A stretch of 64,000 bases of DNA. Source: Octopus vulgaris (taxonomy: Eukaryota). The notes below the pieces were generated by a model. That model saw nothing but the letters and a program-made list of their open reading frames with translations. It did no database searches and had not been told where the DNA came from. Both the position numbers and the translations under genes were made by a program. Position 1 is the stretch's first letter. Each line of letters begins with the position of its first letter. Positions 27,218 through 42,269 of this stretch are shown here, in pieces. The stretch spans positions 24,552,001-24,616,000 of the forward strand of contig OX597829.1 of assembly GCA_951406725.2 (NCBI GenBank), in the 5' to 3' direction.

Positions 27218-29046
27218 TAAAGATGGGCTTCTTTTAATTTCTTATTTCTTTATTGCCAACAAGGGGCTATACATATAGAGGACAAGCAGGGACAGACAAA
27301 TGGATTAAGTCGATTATATCAACCCCAGTACGTAACTAGTACTTATTTAATCAACCCCGAAAGGATGAAAGGCAAAGTTGACCTCAGCGGAATTTGAACT
27401 CAATGTAACGGCAGACGAAATACCGCTGAGCATTTCGCCCACAGTGCTAACGTTTCTGCTAGCTCGCCACCTTTCAATTTCTGTTTACCAAACCCACTCA
27501 CAAGGCTTCAGTCAGCCTTGCTATAGTAGAAGACACTTGCCCAAGGTATCACACAGAGGGACTGAATCTGGAACTATGTGCTTGGGAAGCAAGCTTTTTA
27601 CCACACAGCAATGGTTACTGCCAGAGAGGTCATGGATGGAATACCTTTGTTTATAGGCATGCTCAGTTGGGATGGATCATAAGCTTAAACAACAACTAAA
27701 TAAGCCAATCCACAAGGAAGACTAGATGGTCATCAGACCTGCTAGAAGTAGCCAAAACCCCACCCAAATCACATCCTACTAACTTATAGAAGGAAGGATT
27801 TATATAAAGATGTAATACTAGATACATTATGTCTGAATAAAAGATGACATGGTCATAGCTAGAACATATTTGATCATAAGTCTGAATCAACACTGACCTG
27901 GGATAAAACAACTACAACCATTAATACTAACTGCGAGATAATGTCTCCTAGGTACACTATGTCTGAATAAGAGACAGGATGACCACAGCAGGAACATCTT
28001 TGATCATTGGTCTGCTGAGTCAGGACAGACCAAGAGCTAAACAACAACAAAAAACAACATTACTGATATGGACAAAGCAGTGAGAAAGGATCTTTGGATG
28101 CTGGGTCTTACAGAGGAAGTGACAAGGAACCAGGTGGTGTGGTGAACTGTTGTACTTGGTAAGACATGTCAAGCTAAGTAGAACTGCTGTCTTCTACGCA
28201 TACAGGCTTGTCCTTTCAGGTGCTGGTGGCACGTAAAAAGCACCCAGCATATTCTTATTTCTTTGTTGCCCACAAGGGGCTAAACATAGAGGGGACAAAC
28301 AAGGACAGGCAAAGGGATTAAGTTGATTACATCGACTCCCCAGTGCATAACTGGTACTTAATTTATCAACAAGTGGTTGGTGTTAAGAAGGGCATCCAGC
28401 CGTAGAAGCCATGTCACAACAGACAGCTGGAGTCTGGATGATTCCCTACTATCCAGCTCCGTGTTAAACCATCTAAACCTGAGCCAGCATGGGAAGCAGA
28501 TGTTAAGCGATGATGATGATGATGATGATGACGGTGATAATGATGATGATGATGTAGTTATACACCATAATTAAAATAATTCCATAACACCAACAAACAT
28601 TTACAGATCACAACTTTAAATCTTGACTTTCTTAGTAAAAACTGATTATTTGTTTGTTTGTATTATTATTATTATTATTATTTTGCTTTTTTCCTTCTAA
28701 CAACTGCAATTATAAGGAAAACATCATTCCCAGTCACATGTGTAAATCAGTCTTAAAATGGGTGGAGCAAAGATGCCATGATTTGGATAGCACTCATTTT
28801 TAGTTTATTCACATGACTATTAGTAGTTAGCCTTTTACATCTTTGTTTAATACTATTCCTCTCCTCTTGGCACATTCAGCAACTGAAATATCAACATGAT
28901 CAATAATATTCAAAAGAATCTGCCATTTATGTTTCTCCTAACTTCACTGCTGTTGCTAAGCTCTGTTGTATTGGTTATCATTATTAGCTCATCAGTTCAG
29001 TCTCAGTTAATAATAACACAACAGAAATTACTCCACAATGTGATCC

Positions 29047-29081
<35 letters not shown>

Positions 29082-29297
29082 CAATAATCCTTTCTACTAT
29101 AGGCAAGAGACCTGAAATTTTGGGGGAGGGGACTAGTCAATAACATTGACCCCCGTGTTCAACTGGTACACATTTTATCAACCCCGAAAAGATGAAAAGC
29201 AAAGTCTACCTCAGTAGAATTTGAACTCAGAACGTGAAGACAGACAAAATACTGCTAAGCATTTCGCTTGGCACGCTAACAATTCTGCCTGCCTGCC

Positions 29298-29305
29298 TGC
29301 AGCAA

Positions 29306-29367
<62 letters not shown>

Positions 29368-29376
29368 ACAACAACA
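29298..29376. repeat. Compound (CAG/CAA)n microsatellite between two SINE copies
   Basis: Read directly; intronic, with no flanking splice signals noted. Confidence 0.9.
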
Positions 29377-29627
29377 TCAACAGTTTCAAATTTTGATACA
29401 AAAGGCAGCCATTCTGAGGGATGGGGTAAGCTGATTACACCGACCCCAATGTTCAGTTGGTACTTATTTCATCAAAAAGATGAAAAGCAAAGTCGACTTC
29501 AGCAAAATTTGAACTCAAAAAATAAAGACAGATAAAATGCTGCTAAGCATTTTGCCCAGCATGCAAACGATTCTACCAACAATTCTACCAATAAACCAAC
29601 CTTTATCATAACAACAACAACTACTAC

Positions 29628-30480
29628 CTTTTTTTATTGGTCATAAGGGTCAAACACAAAACAAGGGATATGTGGGACTTAGCACACAAAAATGTGCATA
29701 CAATAAAACAAGAACAATTAACAACAAAATTTAATAATGTTCCCCAAAGGAGTGGGGGCATCCAGGGCCAACCAAGGAACTCCACACATCCTGGTCCCCT
29801 CAATCACCAAAGCCACCCCAAACAGGCACTTCTATCCTCTTCGTCCTCTCCATCCTACAGATGTATGTTCAGAGTAGGCCCATTCACATGGGCCATCTTT
29901 GCCACATTCGCTCACCTTTCAATAAAAATTCTGGGGGGCAGTGCTTATCCCTCCACCATCACTTTCCTTTTCAAGTAGAACCCGAGAAAGCTGATGAGGG
30001 CTTAGCTAAAGAGAAAAAGTATCTGCCTTCAGTCCTTTCAGCTTCGTCCACTACACTACCTCTTTTGGCATAGCCTCTAGACAGAGGAAGGCTGCCAGCT
30101 TTCCCAGCCAAAAGAAGGTGGCAAGGTAATCCTCATGGTAGACTTGGTTGACAACCAGATCTGTCCAACACACAACAAAACTCCACAAGTCAACAGTGCC
30201 TGGACACTAGTTGAATGGATGCAGAATGGTTTCATTACCCTACACACATCTCAGATGGGTTCCTATGACAGCACTTCCATACCTGTATAGCTTGTCTTGA
30301 ATTAGCAGACCCCACCAGTAGTACTGACAGGCCAGAGATTTCTAGAAATTATCCATAGACCCCAGCCCAAAAGACCCTGGGAAAGATCAGCTAACTAATC
30401 TCCCTTGACACCCAGTTTCCCTGAGGACATCATTGTTCTTACCTGTCACTAATCCCCTATAAAACTCCAATGCAGAACTT
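29628..30480 (-). mobile_element. L1/Tx1-like LINE ORF2 3' fragment, decayed
   Basis: ETILHPFN*CPGTVDLWSFV resembles the C-terminal zinc-knuckle region. A-rich 3' end near 29630. Confidence 0.6.
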
Positions 30481-30499
30481 TCACAGACCACAATGCTCA

Positions 30500-31060
30500 A
30501 CAGACGATGAGCATGAGGAGTTGTGTGAGAAGTATGGGCTAGAATGTTCCAACAAATGGCATGAGCACCAACCTTTGCCAGTAGCAGAGAATAATCAGGT
30601 AAAACTCACACGGGATATGCTAATCTACAGAGATATCACTCTCCTATGAAAGGAGTCCAAAGAATGGACCTTCATCAATGTAGCATACCTACAGAGCAGA
30701 ACATTGTAGAAACAGAGGATGAATGAGAAAGTCGAGAAATACCAAGACCTAGCATAGGAAGTGAAATGCATCCATAGAAACTCAAAAGTAAGTGTGGTAT
30801 CTATTGTGATCAGTGCACTTGGGACCATCTCAAAGAAAGCAACGTTCTGGCATCAAAAGCTACAGATACCAGAACTTAGGAAGTATTTTCAGTTGGCAGC
30901 GGTACTTGGAACTACTCATTTGTTGAGAAAAGTGTTGCATCTCTAAGCTGTGGGAGGGGAGCTGAGATGTGACATAGATAACTCAGGAGAAGATAATAAA
31001 ACTACTACTACTAGTACTACTACTACTCCTAATAATAATAATAATAATAATAACAACAAC
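30500..31060 (+). mobile_element. R4/Dong-clade element 3' end with (TAA)n tail
   Basis: LCEKYGLECSNKWHEHQP..EKVEKYQDLA..VVSIVISALGTI..LQLAAVLGT-like motif..LLRKVL*. Confidence 0.8.
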
Positions 31061-32026
31061 AATAGTTTGTTAATGATTTATTTGAACAACAATCTTATGA
31101 ATAGTAAGTGGAACTACAATAGAAATTTAGGTACTATGTTGTGCATATACAATATAGCTAATATACTTCTATCTTGAGAGTATGTTCTAGGACACTATTT
31201 TATACACAGATATCATACAACTTCTATGGTACATGCAGACAGTGTAGATACCAAACTGTTATACATACATTACAGATAGAAAGTATCATATATATGTATG
31301 TGTATGTGTGTGCGTATGTTTATATGCTGCTTATATACATTATAGACAGATAGTATAGCTACTATACTATATACATGTGTGTGTGTGTATTTCAAATATC
31401 TAATACTGTACCAAGGACTTCCTATTTCATATTCTACTACACACACACACATTATAGATAGATGAACATAAAATGAAATATTCTAGCAGCACATGGTCTC
31501 TCATGGAATATACTGATAGGGGATGGTAGAAAGAAATATGTACTATTATATCATTAGCAAAGTGTAGCAGAGTGCAGAGACAAGAGCAGAGTGTAAGGAG
31601 CAAAGGAAGTAGGGGGGGGTGCATGCATTGGGGAAGGGAGAGATGATGAAAAAAGTGAAAGGTATGATGAGATGAGAAGGAAGGCTGTAATAAGAGAAAG
31701 GTAAATGTGGTGGAGCAGGGGAAAGAAAATAAAAGAGAACTGATAAGATGGGCAACAAGAATTTAATGTGATGGAGAGGGAGTGGCTAACAAAGTGGGGA
31801 AAAATAGAAGGAAAGTAAAAGTTAAGAACAGAATGTACATGAATGTAAGAGAACAACATGGTTGGGGAGAGAGATGGGATAGGGTGGGGTTCATAAATTT
31901 TTAAAAAAAAGCAATTCAAATATCAACAACTGATGTTTATGAAAATATTACTATAAGTTTTAGTTATTATTATTATTTCTATTACAAAAAAATACGGTGT
32001 GTGAGAGGCTAGATATTTATTTATAA

Positions 32027-32426
32027 CTAGCAGTATCGCCCGGCGTTGCTCGGGCTTGTAAGGGAAATAACTATATAAGCATTTTTAGAGAGTTATAGCC
32101 AAAAAATAGCAAAAAAAATGCATTAAAAATGGGGAAAAAAATGATGGTAAATTTTTTTTTAAATCGTTGACTCATCGTAGACATTTTTAGAGAGTTACTT
32201 CCCTTATATAATAGCGAAAAAATGCATTAAAATGGAAAAAAATGATGGTAAATTATTTTTAAAATCGTAGACTCATTGTAGACGCGCGCTAATACCCAGA
32301 AGGGCTCGATATGAATCACGACTATAAGATACCCGGTTTTGGTTAAACTGCACCGCAAAATGTGGGAGTAGTTAGGAATCTAAATCGTAGGAGACAGACA
32401 CACAACTTCACTTTTATATATAAAGA
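32027..32426 (-). mobile_element. Non-autonomous Helitron, related family
   Basis: A|TCTTTATATATAAAA ... cccgagcaacgccggg hairpin ... CTAG|T. Inserted at an AT site with no TSD. Confidence 0.8.
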
Positions 32427-35400
32427 TGTACATATCAGTGCAGTGAGTTCAAACCCCACCAAAGCCAGCTTTACCGTTCATCCATTCTGGGTTGGTAATG
32501 AAATGTACCAACCCAGAACAGTTGAATGGAGGGAACTTTTAAGAAGGTTGGACCAGATGCCTTGCAGTATTTGTTCCATCTCCTGCCATAGCTTACTTGG
32601 GTTAGTAGACCTAATCCATTCCCAATTTTAATACCATCACCCCACACCACCACTACCTGGCAACTTAGGTGTGTTTGAAGCAGAGTCAGACAGACAGATT
32701 TAGACACACATACACACACACACACACACATATAATTCCTAATCATTAATTAGTCAGAAAAAATATATTTCATCGGACTAACGATTATGGATTAAATATT
32801 TTATTCATCCTTGGACTTAGGTACTTGAGTACTTTAACCAAAGTGGATGGACATGACTTCTTTTGAACTTGTCACCCACCAGAATATATATATATACACA
32901 TATATATCATCATCATCATCATCATCATCGTTTAGTGTCCATTTTCCATGCTAGCATGGGTTGGACGGTTCTACTGGGGTCTGTGAAGCCAGAAGGCTTC
33001 ATCTGGCCCAGTCAAATCTGGCAGTGTTTCTACGGCTGGATGCCCTTCCTAACGCCAGGGATAGATGTATCCATTACACTATGGATATATTACCTATGTT
33101 TAACCATGGGCATACATATTTTAGCATATCAATGGCAATACCATACAACATTGGAAGCAGAAACAGCTTTAGATGGGATGTAGTCTATTTGTATTGAATT
33201 AATAAGTAATAAATGATATAAGTCAATTGTTGTTCATCGATATTTCTCAATTTTCTGTCTTCTTTAAATTTATATATATACATATATATTTAAAAGTTGT
33301 GGTGGTGGTGGTGGTGGAAGTGACAGTGGTGGTAGAAGTGACAGTGGTGGTGGTAGGAATTTAGTTGATTTTCATGAGTACCTCATTTGAAAGACATTAA
33401 TGGCATATGTCAAGTTGCTTTAAATGAAAATATGAATCAAATCTTGTTTTTATTTTCCAGGCCTTACTATTCCATCAGTGGTTGACATTAAAAGATAAAT
33501 AATCACCAACTGAAAATGGTAATATATAAAATACATTTTTTTTTTTATTCCTGTTTCTTTCTTTCTTTCCTTTTTTTAACCGGGTTTATTATTATTATTA
33601 TTATTTTTTTTTTTTTTTTTTTTGTCTAAAGGAAGCAGCTATACTCATAACCTTCACAGACTGTCTGAGATTGGTGAGATTGATGTCAATGTTCTGATTA
33701 AACTGTTGTAAGTCAATGTCTGCAGGAAAAAAAAAACATTTAGAGAAAAGGAAATTACAGAGAGACAACAGTGTGACTGGGTATTGTAGTTAGTGCAAGA
33801 CCTAATGGAATGAGGACATACTATAGGTCAGTGGTCCCCAACCAGTTGGCCACAAACTAGTACCAGATCATAGATCATTTGCATAGAAAGAATAAGTTTT
33901 AAAATTTTATTTCTATTTTATTAACTACAGCAATCTGCAGGGCGCTTTTGCATTATAATATCTGTAATATAAATATAGGTATCATATATGTATATAATCA
34001 AATGAGCAGAGATGGGTTAATATGTACTGCATCCAAGAAGTAAGGTAGAGAGGAGGTTCTACTAGGTTCCTCACAGGCAAAGGACACAGGTACAAGATTT
34101 TCTGGGCAGGGAACACTGATAGGGTCGGGGGCGTGGGTATACGATTTTCTCGTGGCCGTTGCCAGTACCACCTGACTGGCCTTCGTGCCAGTGGCACGTA
34201 AAAGCATCCACTACACTCTCGGAGTGGTTGGTGTTAGGAAGGGCATCCAGCTGTAGAAACTCTGCCATATTGAGATTGGAGCCTGGTGCAGCCATCTGGT
34301 TCGCCAGTCCTCAGTCAAATCGTCCAACCCATGCTAGCATGGAAAGCGGACGTTAAACGATGATGATGATGATAGTATGCACTTTGCGTTTTGTTATGCA
34401 TGTGATCACCTGGTCTGTGGGAAAATTGTTGTGCATGAAATTGGTCTGTGGTACAAAAATGGCTGGGGACTATTGCTATAGGAAACAAGAAGCAGATGGA
34501 CAAGCTGGAAGTAATTTTGGTAAGATACCAGCTGACTTTGAAGAGCAGAGGCCATGGTTGCAGTAGCAGAAAAGAAAGAAAAAAACAATCAGAATAGAGA
34601 CAGCAGATCTGTGGGAGAGAGGTTCGTGTAACACTTTATGACAATCAATAAGTGGTCTTTCTTTGGTCACAGTCTATAATGTCTGAAGTAGCAGTACTAC
34701 CCCAGACATGGGTGCAGTACTCTATTGCAAATCTCACTCAGCTTTATAGAGATTTAATAGTTGTTGGGGACTGAAGTAATATCTGGTACTTTGTCTTTGC
34801 TGAAGATATGTGTTAGCCAGGAGAAATCAGTAACAGTAACAGCTAATATTTGAAGGGACCAAGAATATTCTCTTGATGTAAGCAGTAGTGTGTCTTGCAG
34901 GAGACCAGATTGGCACAGCCCCATTGCAGGATGTTTTTCAAGTTCTATGATTATAAAGGTACTGTAAGTTTGACAATGAAATAATATCTAGGTTGCAAGT
35001 GGATACTACTTAAATGAAGGAGATAAGGGAAGATTGAAAAGTAATATCATCTGTGTGGGAGTGTTACTGAAAATGATTGTAGATAGGTCATGGATGTACA
35101 GAAGTGTTATATTGTCAGTGGTGATATATAATGTGTGTGTAACAATATATCACAGTACTAAATATAATTGTATGACAATAAGCAATGTAACAAACCATTC
35201 ACACAATATCAATCCAATACTCCAACACAGAATCAATTATGAGACTAATGCTCTCACAGCTCGACCTCAACTGTCTACTGGCTCGTCTATTTATAAGGCT
35301 CATCCAATCCACTGACAGTCAGGAGCAGGGATGTCAGTTCACTCCACAACATGAAGGAAGAATATAAGGGACAAAACTGAATCCTGGAATACACTAGAGT

Positions 35401-36439
35401 TGATAGAGTATCCCTTAGCACACTGTGATAGTACAAGCTGGCAGAAAGTTACTGATCCAAGAGACAGAATGTACAGGAAGACAGTTTTACCAAGAGATTC
35501 ACGTTACACGTGAATGTTAATGGCATCAGTATCAATAATCTCAAAAGGTTTGCAAGATTCATAGGCTTTGTTCCATCCTCTAGATTCAGCAATTAAAGAA
35601 AGTAAAAAGCTTTGCTGGTCAAGGAAAGGGGAGAAAGACAGACAGGCAGGCAGGCAGAGATATGACTTCAATAAATAACATTCTACATTTAAAATGAATC
35701 CTTCACTAATGGAACTAAAGACCTGTTTAAGATTAAAGATAATTTTCTTTACACAATATAAAAATCAAAAAAATAATTCCTTCGTTTATGTCACCACAAC
35801 CCAGCAATGTCTCATCTTTATCTTATATCTAATGATAAGGTTTCAAATCTTTAGATATCTTACAACTAAAAGTACAAAAAGATTAGATTTCAAAGCTTAA
35901 GGACTTAGGGTGAGTATTCATATAAAATAGTGTTGACATAAAATGGTAAGGAAATATTAACAAAAGACCAAAGCAATGGTATGAGATGTGAAGATTAATG
36001 CTCCAAGCAGAGTCTTTCATTATTTGTAGTGAGATGCTATGCTGGAACAAACCCACATACCCACTTGCCAGTATGGCAAAACAAGGCTTAAACTTGAAAA
36101 TTCTATTTCTAAAGTGAAGACAATAATTCACTAGGCCATGAATAACGAATCAACAACTTGCTCACTCACTCTTAAATCAACAGCTAAGTTATTGCTATTA
36201 TTATTCATATGTGATTTAGTCAATGAATCTAGGATTCCCCCATATTTTCAATATCTAGTCGCTAAGGCCACATATAATTTCATTTCAATTTCAATCAGGC
36301 TCCCCCTCTCATTGCAAAATGCTTATGCAAAAAATTTAACAATTAAAATGTACATGTATCTTAATTTAGTATTAATATTTTAATGATAATAACAATAATT
36401 ATTAAATACTAGGCTTTTCTTCTGAGCCCATCTAGCTAT

Positions 36440-36780
36440 ATGGTGTGTAAACTTAGTTTGCACAAGGCTTGTGCTCAATGTCTGTCGTATATATTTAAAA
36501 TACATTCACAAATCAAATGTAGCATGCAAGAGAGAAGACTATGTTGGTTTGGACATGTAATGTGTATGAGTAAAGACAGCTGTATAAAGAAGTGCCAATC
36601 ACTGAAAGTAGATGGTACCTGTGGAAGAGGGAAACCCAGGAAGACATGGGATGAAGTAGTAAGGACTGATCTCAAGATGTTGAACTTCATGGAGGAAATG
36701 ACAATAGACTTAGATGTCTGGCGATATGAAGTTCTTGAGAAGACCTGCCCACATTAGCAAAACTGAGTTCTAGAAGTGCT
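36440..36780 (+). mobile_element. RTE-clade LINE 3' fragment
   Basis: RRLCWFGHVMCM..CGRGKPRKTWDEVV motif. Confidence 0.85.
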
Positions 36781-39700
36781 GTTTGCCCCACCCACACTTA
36801 AGAAAATTTCTCATGCACACTACCACAACAAACCCAACTACATCTCTTCTCTTCACATTTCCACTAAACTTACCTCCCACACCCCAATCCTGTGCTCTTG
36901 ACCCTATAACACTACATCATTGCTCTCTGCTAGCTTCTGACCTGTGTGTTCTGCACACGCCCTGTCTCAATAGAGCACCTGTTTCTGTCTTCATTCCTGA
37001 TATCCCTCTCTCTGGCTTGGTAACCTCCTCTACAGCAAGGCACCTGTTTCTGACTGTCTCACTATAACTTTTCATCATCAGACACAAGATCACCGCCTCC
37101 AATGCCTCCTCCCTTCTCAAAATAGATTTTATTTTTTTGTCTTGCAAGTACTTGGTGACCCTGTCAGTGCAGGTGCCACTTAAAAGCACCCAGTCCACAC
37201 TGTAAAGTGGTTGGTGTTTGGAAGGGCATCCAGCCGTAAAAACCTTGCCAAAACTGACCTTGCCTGTGCTTGTGTCATGTAAAAAGCACTGAGTCCACTC
37301 TGCTGAGTGGTTGGTGTTAGGAAGGGCATCCAAATGTAAAAATTCTGCCAAAACTGTCACAGAAGTCTGGTACAGGCTTCTGCCTTACTGGCTCTTGTCA
37401 AACCATCCCACCTATGCCAGCATGGAAGGCAGGTGTAAAACAATGATGATGATGATGATGATGAATAACATTGAGTGGACTTGGTAGACAGACACTGAAA
37501 GAAGGCTGTCATATGTGTGTTGGTTTACATCTACAGTTGCTTATACTAAGGTAGTTTACATCAACTAATACATATGCATTTGTTGATAGGAAAAACTCAG
37601 AGAATCTGACAAATCTCTTGCTTACTTTGTGCCTTTGAAGGTGCGTGGAACAAGAAATCCCTTCCTTGGGAAAATTAGTAAAGAATAGCAACAATAAAGG
37701 CATCTTCAATAACATGTTTATCTACTTATGCTAGTAAGAAAAAAATGTACATGAAAGAATTAATGTGATATTATTCCTTGATATGACACAAATAGTAGAT
37801 ATTGCAGGATAAGCAACATTGTTGGATATTTTCAAAGAATATTGATTGATGTAAAAAAAAAAAAAAAATGTGGATATTGTTGGATATGCAACAGAAACTG
37901 TAGATGTTGCTTTCCAAAATCTAAAATCAATAACAAATTATTTATCAATGATGAAAACAAAATGGCAAACACTGAAGAGAATTGATAAATTAATGTAGAG
38001 TGTTCCTAATCTTTGAAGAATAAAAAAAAAAATCAATTTTATTGATACTATAATATTCAAAAATTCAAAATACCTATAAAACATAAAAATCCTTGTTCAG
38101 TGAACATTTTTAGATGAATTGCAATTTTATTTCGTTTTTGCATTTGCTTTGCAAGATTCTTAATGTGAAAGCATGTATTGAAACAGGCTTTGTAGTATAT
38201 CGAGAGGGTCATTATGCCAATGATAAACACACACACAGGCTGTTTTATTTTTTTAATTATTTATCAATTGATTATTTAATCAATTAGCTAATCTATTATT
38301 TGATTAATTATTTGGTTAATCAATCAGTTATGTTTGTCAAAGCTCTTTGATCACCATTCATGACCTCATTGGTGACATACCATCTCTAGTCCTGGCCAAC
38401 AATATCAGAAATAGTGTATTTACCTCAATAAATGCCATCTTAAATGTAATGCAATCCCACTTTTTTTTAACTTAAAAATTAGATATAGTTTATGTTTTTT
38501 GACAGACACCTCAGACCACCTCTATAATAGGGCCATTTGATTGATGAGTTGTAAAACACTAGCCGACAAGCATGCTATATCCTCTCTGTCTTTTCTATCA
38601 CTGCTATTAACCCCTGTTCCTCACAGCTGCTTATCTCATACATCCACCACTCAGACAACCCTAACCTGAACATCTCTCTTCATATACCATCATTCTTGGT
38701 GCATCCTTCATTCCCAGAACATCATTCCACTGGAATCTTTTCCAAACTCATGTCTTCCCTGCAGGTTTTCACCTATAACATTAATAGCATCAACCTTGCC
38801 AGTCTGTCTCAAATGGACTGCAAAGATTATAGGCACAACCTCTTCTTTCAGAATAAAAATTTTAAAAAAAAAAACAGTATAATGCTCCCTTTCCAATTTT
38901 AACTCTGGTATTGTCTATTAAATTTCTCTCATTATACCCAATTAAATATGGTAGCTGTTCTTGGTTAACATCTACAAGTTGTTGTTACTAAGAAGTCAAT
39001 ATTTCACAATCTCTTTAAAAAAATATCAGAAACTCAAACAATTACTCTTCACAATTCAATGCTAGTATTACTACAACTTAGTTCATTGATTTAGAGGAAT
39101 AAAATATAATAAAACTGGTCAGAATTCTATCTCAGGATTGCAAGAGAAGGAAGTAAACACGACAAATTAATCAATGAAATGCTCTTCAAACCAAACATGG
39201 AATCTCTACATCAGAGGATGGGTATCTTTTTTATAGCAGAAGACACATTGAAATTAATTACTACCTGACAAGGATGTATTTTTTAAAAAAATTCTATAGT
39301 AATGAACCTATTGTTTTATCAAATATAATCATTAATACAAGCTTCAACAAACTGTAAAAATAAAAAAGTTGGAGTTTCAGAACAAGCAACCCCACTGTAA
39401 TCATCATCATCATGTAATATCTATTTTCCATGTTGGCAAGAGGTAGATGGCTTAACAGGATCTGGTAAGCCAGAGGCCTGCACCAAGTGTTCCTGTCATA
39501 TTTGGCATGGTTTCTACAGTTGTATACCCTTCCTAATGCTAACCACTTTACAGAGTGTACTGGGTGCTTTCTATGTGACATTACTACTGGCATTACTGAG
39601 TAACTCGCAAGACAAGACCACACAACTGAAAGGGTATAATCTTGAGGGAAGTGGCTTTATGTCAGGTGATGAGTAGTTAAAATATGATAGAGCAAGGTAC

Positions 39701-39806
39701 AGGTGTCTCACTGTAGAGGAAATACATGATTGTTCCAATTGGTAACGAGAGAAAAGTTGGGGGTGAACATGTGTCAGAGTGTATTCTCAAGTTACAGAAA
39801 GATTAA

Positions 39807-40002
39807 TACGACAGAGAGCTGAAAATTTCCTGGCTTTGGGTAAAAGAAAATGCAAGAAGATCAGTTAATAATGATTTTATTCAACATACTCCCCTCTCAG
39901 ATTCACACACTTAGTGCAGTGCAAAAGAACTCAGAAGGTTGGGCTTCCAGTTATACCTTTCATGACACCCTTAAAGCCAGGAACTTTTCGGCATCCCCTC
40001 GT
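39807..40002. mobile_element. Mariner-type MITE
   Basis: Terminal inverted repeats tacga..ctgaaaatttcctggcttt / aaagccaggaacttttc..tcgta with TA ends. Confidence 0.65.
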
Positions 40003-42190
40003 ATATGAAAAGTAATACAGGGGTCGGACAGGGGGAGTCAGTAGACAAGTAAGTTTCCAAGAGTGTGGAAAAAAGTGGCAGATGGATATGGTGATGAACA
40101 AAAAAATTGTTTTTCAAAAATTTCTTTGGATTTCTAAGTTTTAAATGCCACTGTAATTACTTCAAGTAATTAATTACAGGTGTAGATAAAGAAATATAAA
40201 TAGGGGGTTCTAAAGTTTGCAAATTTTAGGAAATATAGTATTAAATAAAAATTAAATCAACAAAAAGTGTTCTAGCATAATGATCATTCCTTCAAAAATG
40301 CCACTTCTTTCTTGTGGTCACAGTCTGTCAGATTCTCTACCTCTCAACCTGCTAGAAACAGCAGTCAAATCTCAAATTCACACACACTACCATCTTGAAA
40401 ATGAGAAGAGTGTTGTGTTGCTCTGTTGGGCTGTGATTGTGTAAAGTATGTGTTTTATCGTAGAAACCAACATAAAACAATGTAACAAATGCTACTGATG
40501 ATGATAACAACAACAACAACAATACTGATTTTAAAATGTAAGCCAGGCTTCAGGACCTAAATAAAGAATATATACTATGTTGGTTATAGCTGAGAGTAAA
40601 ATGATTTGGGAATTGACAGAATCCAGTTACTAAGGTAAGGAAGCTGAAGAATAGAAACAAGTTAATAGCTGTGAAAGTTGACATTGACACACATACATCA
40701 TATGGCTTAGATTTCCTCACACAAACTGTTGATATACAAGACTGTTTGAAACCTTGTTGGTTGTAGTAGGAAAGATCAATATCACACACGTTTATCACAG
40801 ATAGGTTAGCAGCATTATTAGAAGACAAAACCAAAATCAGTCTTCTTTATTCTTTCACTCATTTTCGACACAGCAATATGCAACTGTTTTTAAGATCCAT
40901 TTCTTCAGGATTTCGTAAATATGCCAATTCACTTTTGGGTGAATTAATGGTAAATGTAATTTAAATGAAAACGTAAAGTGACAAATTCACATTTTATGCT
41001 GTACAAGTGCAAATGAAAATATCACTACGTAAGCTATGAAACATTAGTTTTTGAAATAATTATGGAGAAAACTATTTAAAAGATAAAATAGCAAATCTAT
41101 CAGTTTTACTTCTTCCAAAATGTCAAAGTTAAATTCTTAAGCGAAATACAGATTTTGATGATTACGGTGGTGGTGATGAGGGGGTGTTAGTGATAACAGA
41201 GTTACTGATAACAGTACTGGGGGTGAAGTGGGAGTAGTGATGGTGATGATAGTTGTAGTGACAGTGGTAACTGAAGTGATGGTGGTGATGGTAATTGTGA
41301 TAATGACGGTAGTGTGGTTTTGATGACAATGTTTGTAGTGGTGGTAACTGCAACACTCATGAAGCTCTAAATAATGTTGGTTTCTTAAAACTAAAATACT
41401 CCTAAAAGAAACAAACATATTTATTAAGAATGACAGGAAATAAATATGTATTGTTATTGCTGATATGAATTTAAAAAATGCAGACACATGATATGAAAAA
41501 ATGGATGCAAAAAGAAAAAAAAAACAAATTTGAAAAAAAAATAACGGAAAAGTGAATCCTCCTTGACCATTCCTGACACTTATACAATATTCTTTTCTAT
41601 TCTAGACACAAGGCCTGAAATTTTTTTTTTGGGGGGGGGGGAGCAGTCGATTAGATCAACCCCACTATGCAACTGGTACTTAATTTATTGAACCCGAAAG
41701 GATGAAAGGCAAAGTCGACCTCAGCAGAATTTGAACACAGACTTATACAATATTGATGATGAAAAGGGAGCACTTCTACAGTCACAAGATCAGCTAGAAA
41801 TAGCAGCTAAATCTAACAAAATATAGTGTAAATTGTAAATACTAAAACATTTCGTTTTTAACAGCTGAGCTCAAAGTAGGTAAGGCTATAAATAATAGCA
41901 TGTAAATATTGGGTTAAAAATACACAAGTTAGAACAGTTCTCAACTGAGATCCATCTAAAATTTTCTTGCTAAAACTTATTCACAATAAATTGCTTATAC
42001 ATCTACAATACAAAAAATATTTTATTTTTTTTATTACAGGTGTAGGAGTGGCTGTGTGGTAAGTAGCTTGCTTACCAACCACATGGTTTCAGGTTCAGTC
42101 CCACTACGTAGCACCTTGGACAAGTGTCTTCTACCGACGAAAGCCTTGTGAGTGGATTTGGTAGATGGAAACTGAAAGAAGCCCATCATA

Positions 42191-42269
<79 letters not shown>

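Noticed and set aside
29234-29434. Poly-Q ORF
   Set aside because: A CAG/CAA microsatellite between SINE copies; no splice or start context.
40550-40930. 94-aa ORF with faint resemblance to a pogo-type transposase
   Set aside because: No diagnostic motif, and stops upstream; cannot be supported.
41137-41487. Thr/His-rich ORF and a possible minus-strand acceptor at 41401
   Set aside because: Low-complexity trinucleotide-like sequence. Splicing in phase 0 stops after 14 codons and I found no convincing donor, so support for an exon is too weak.
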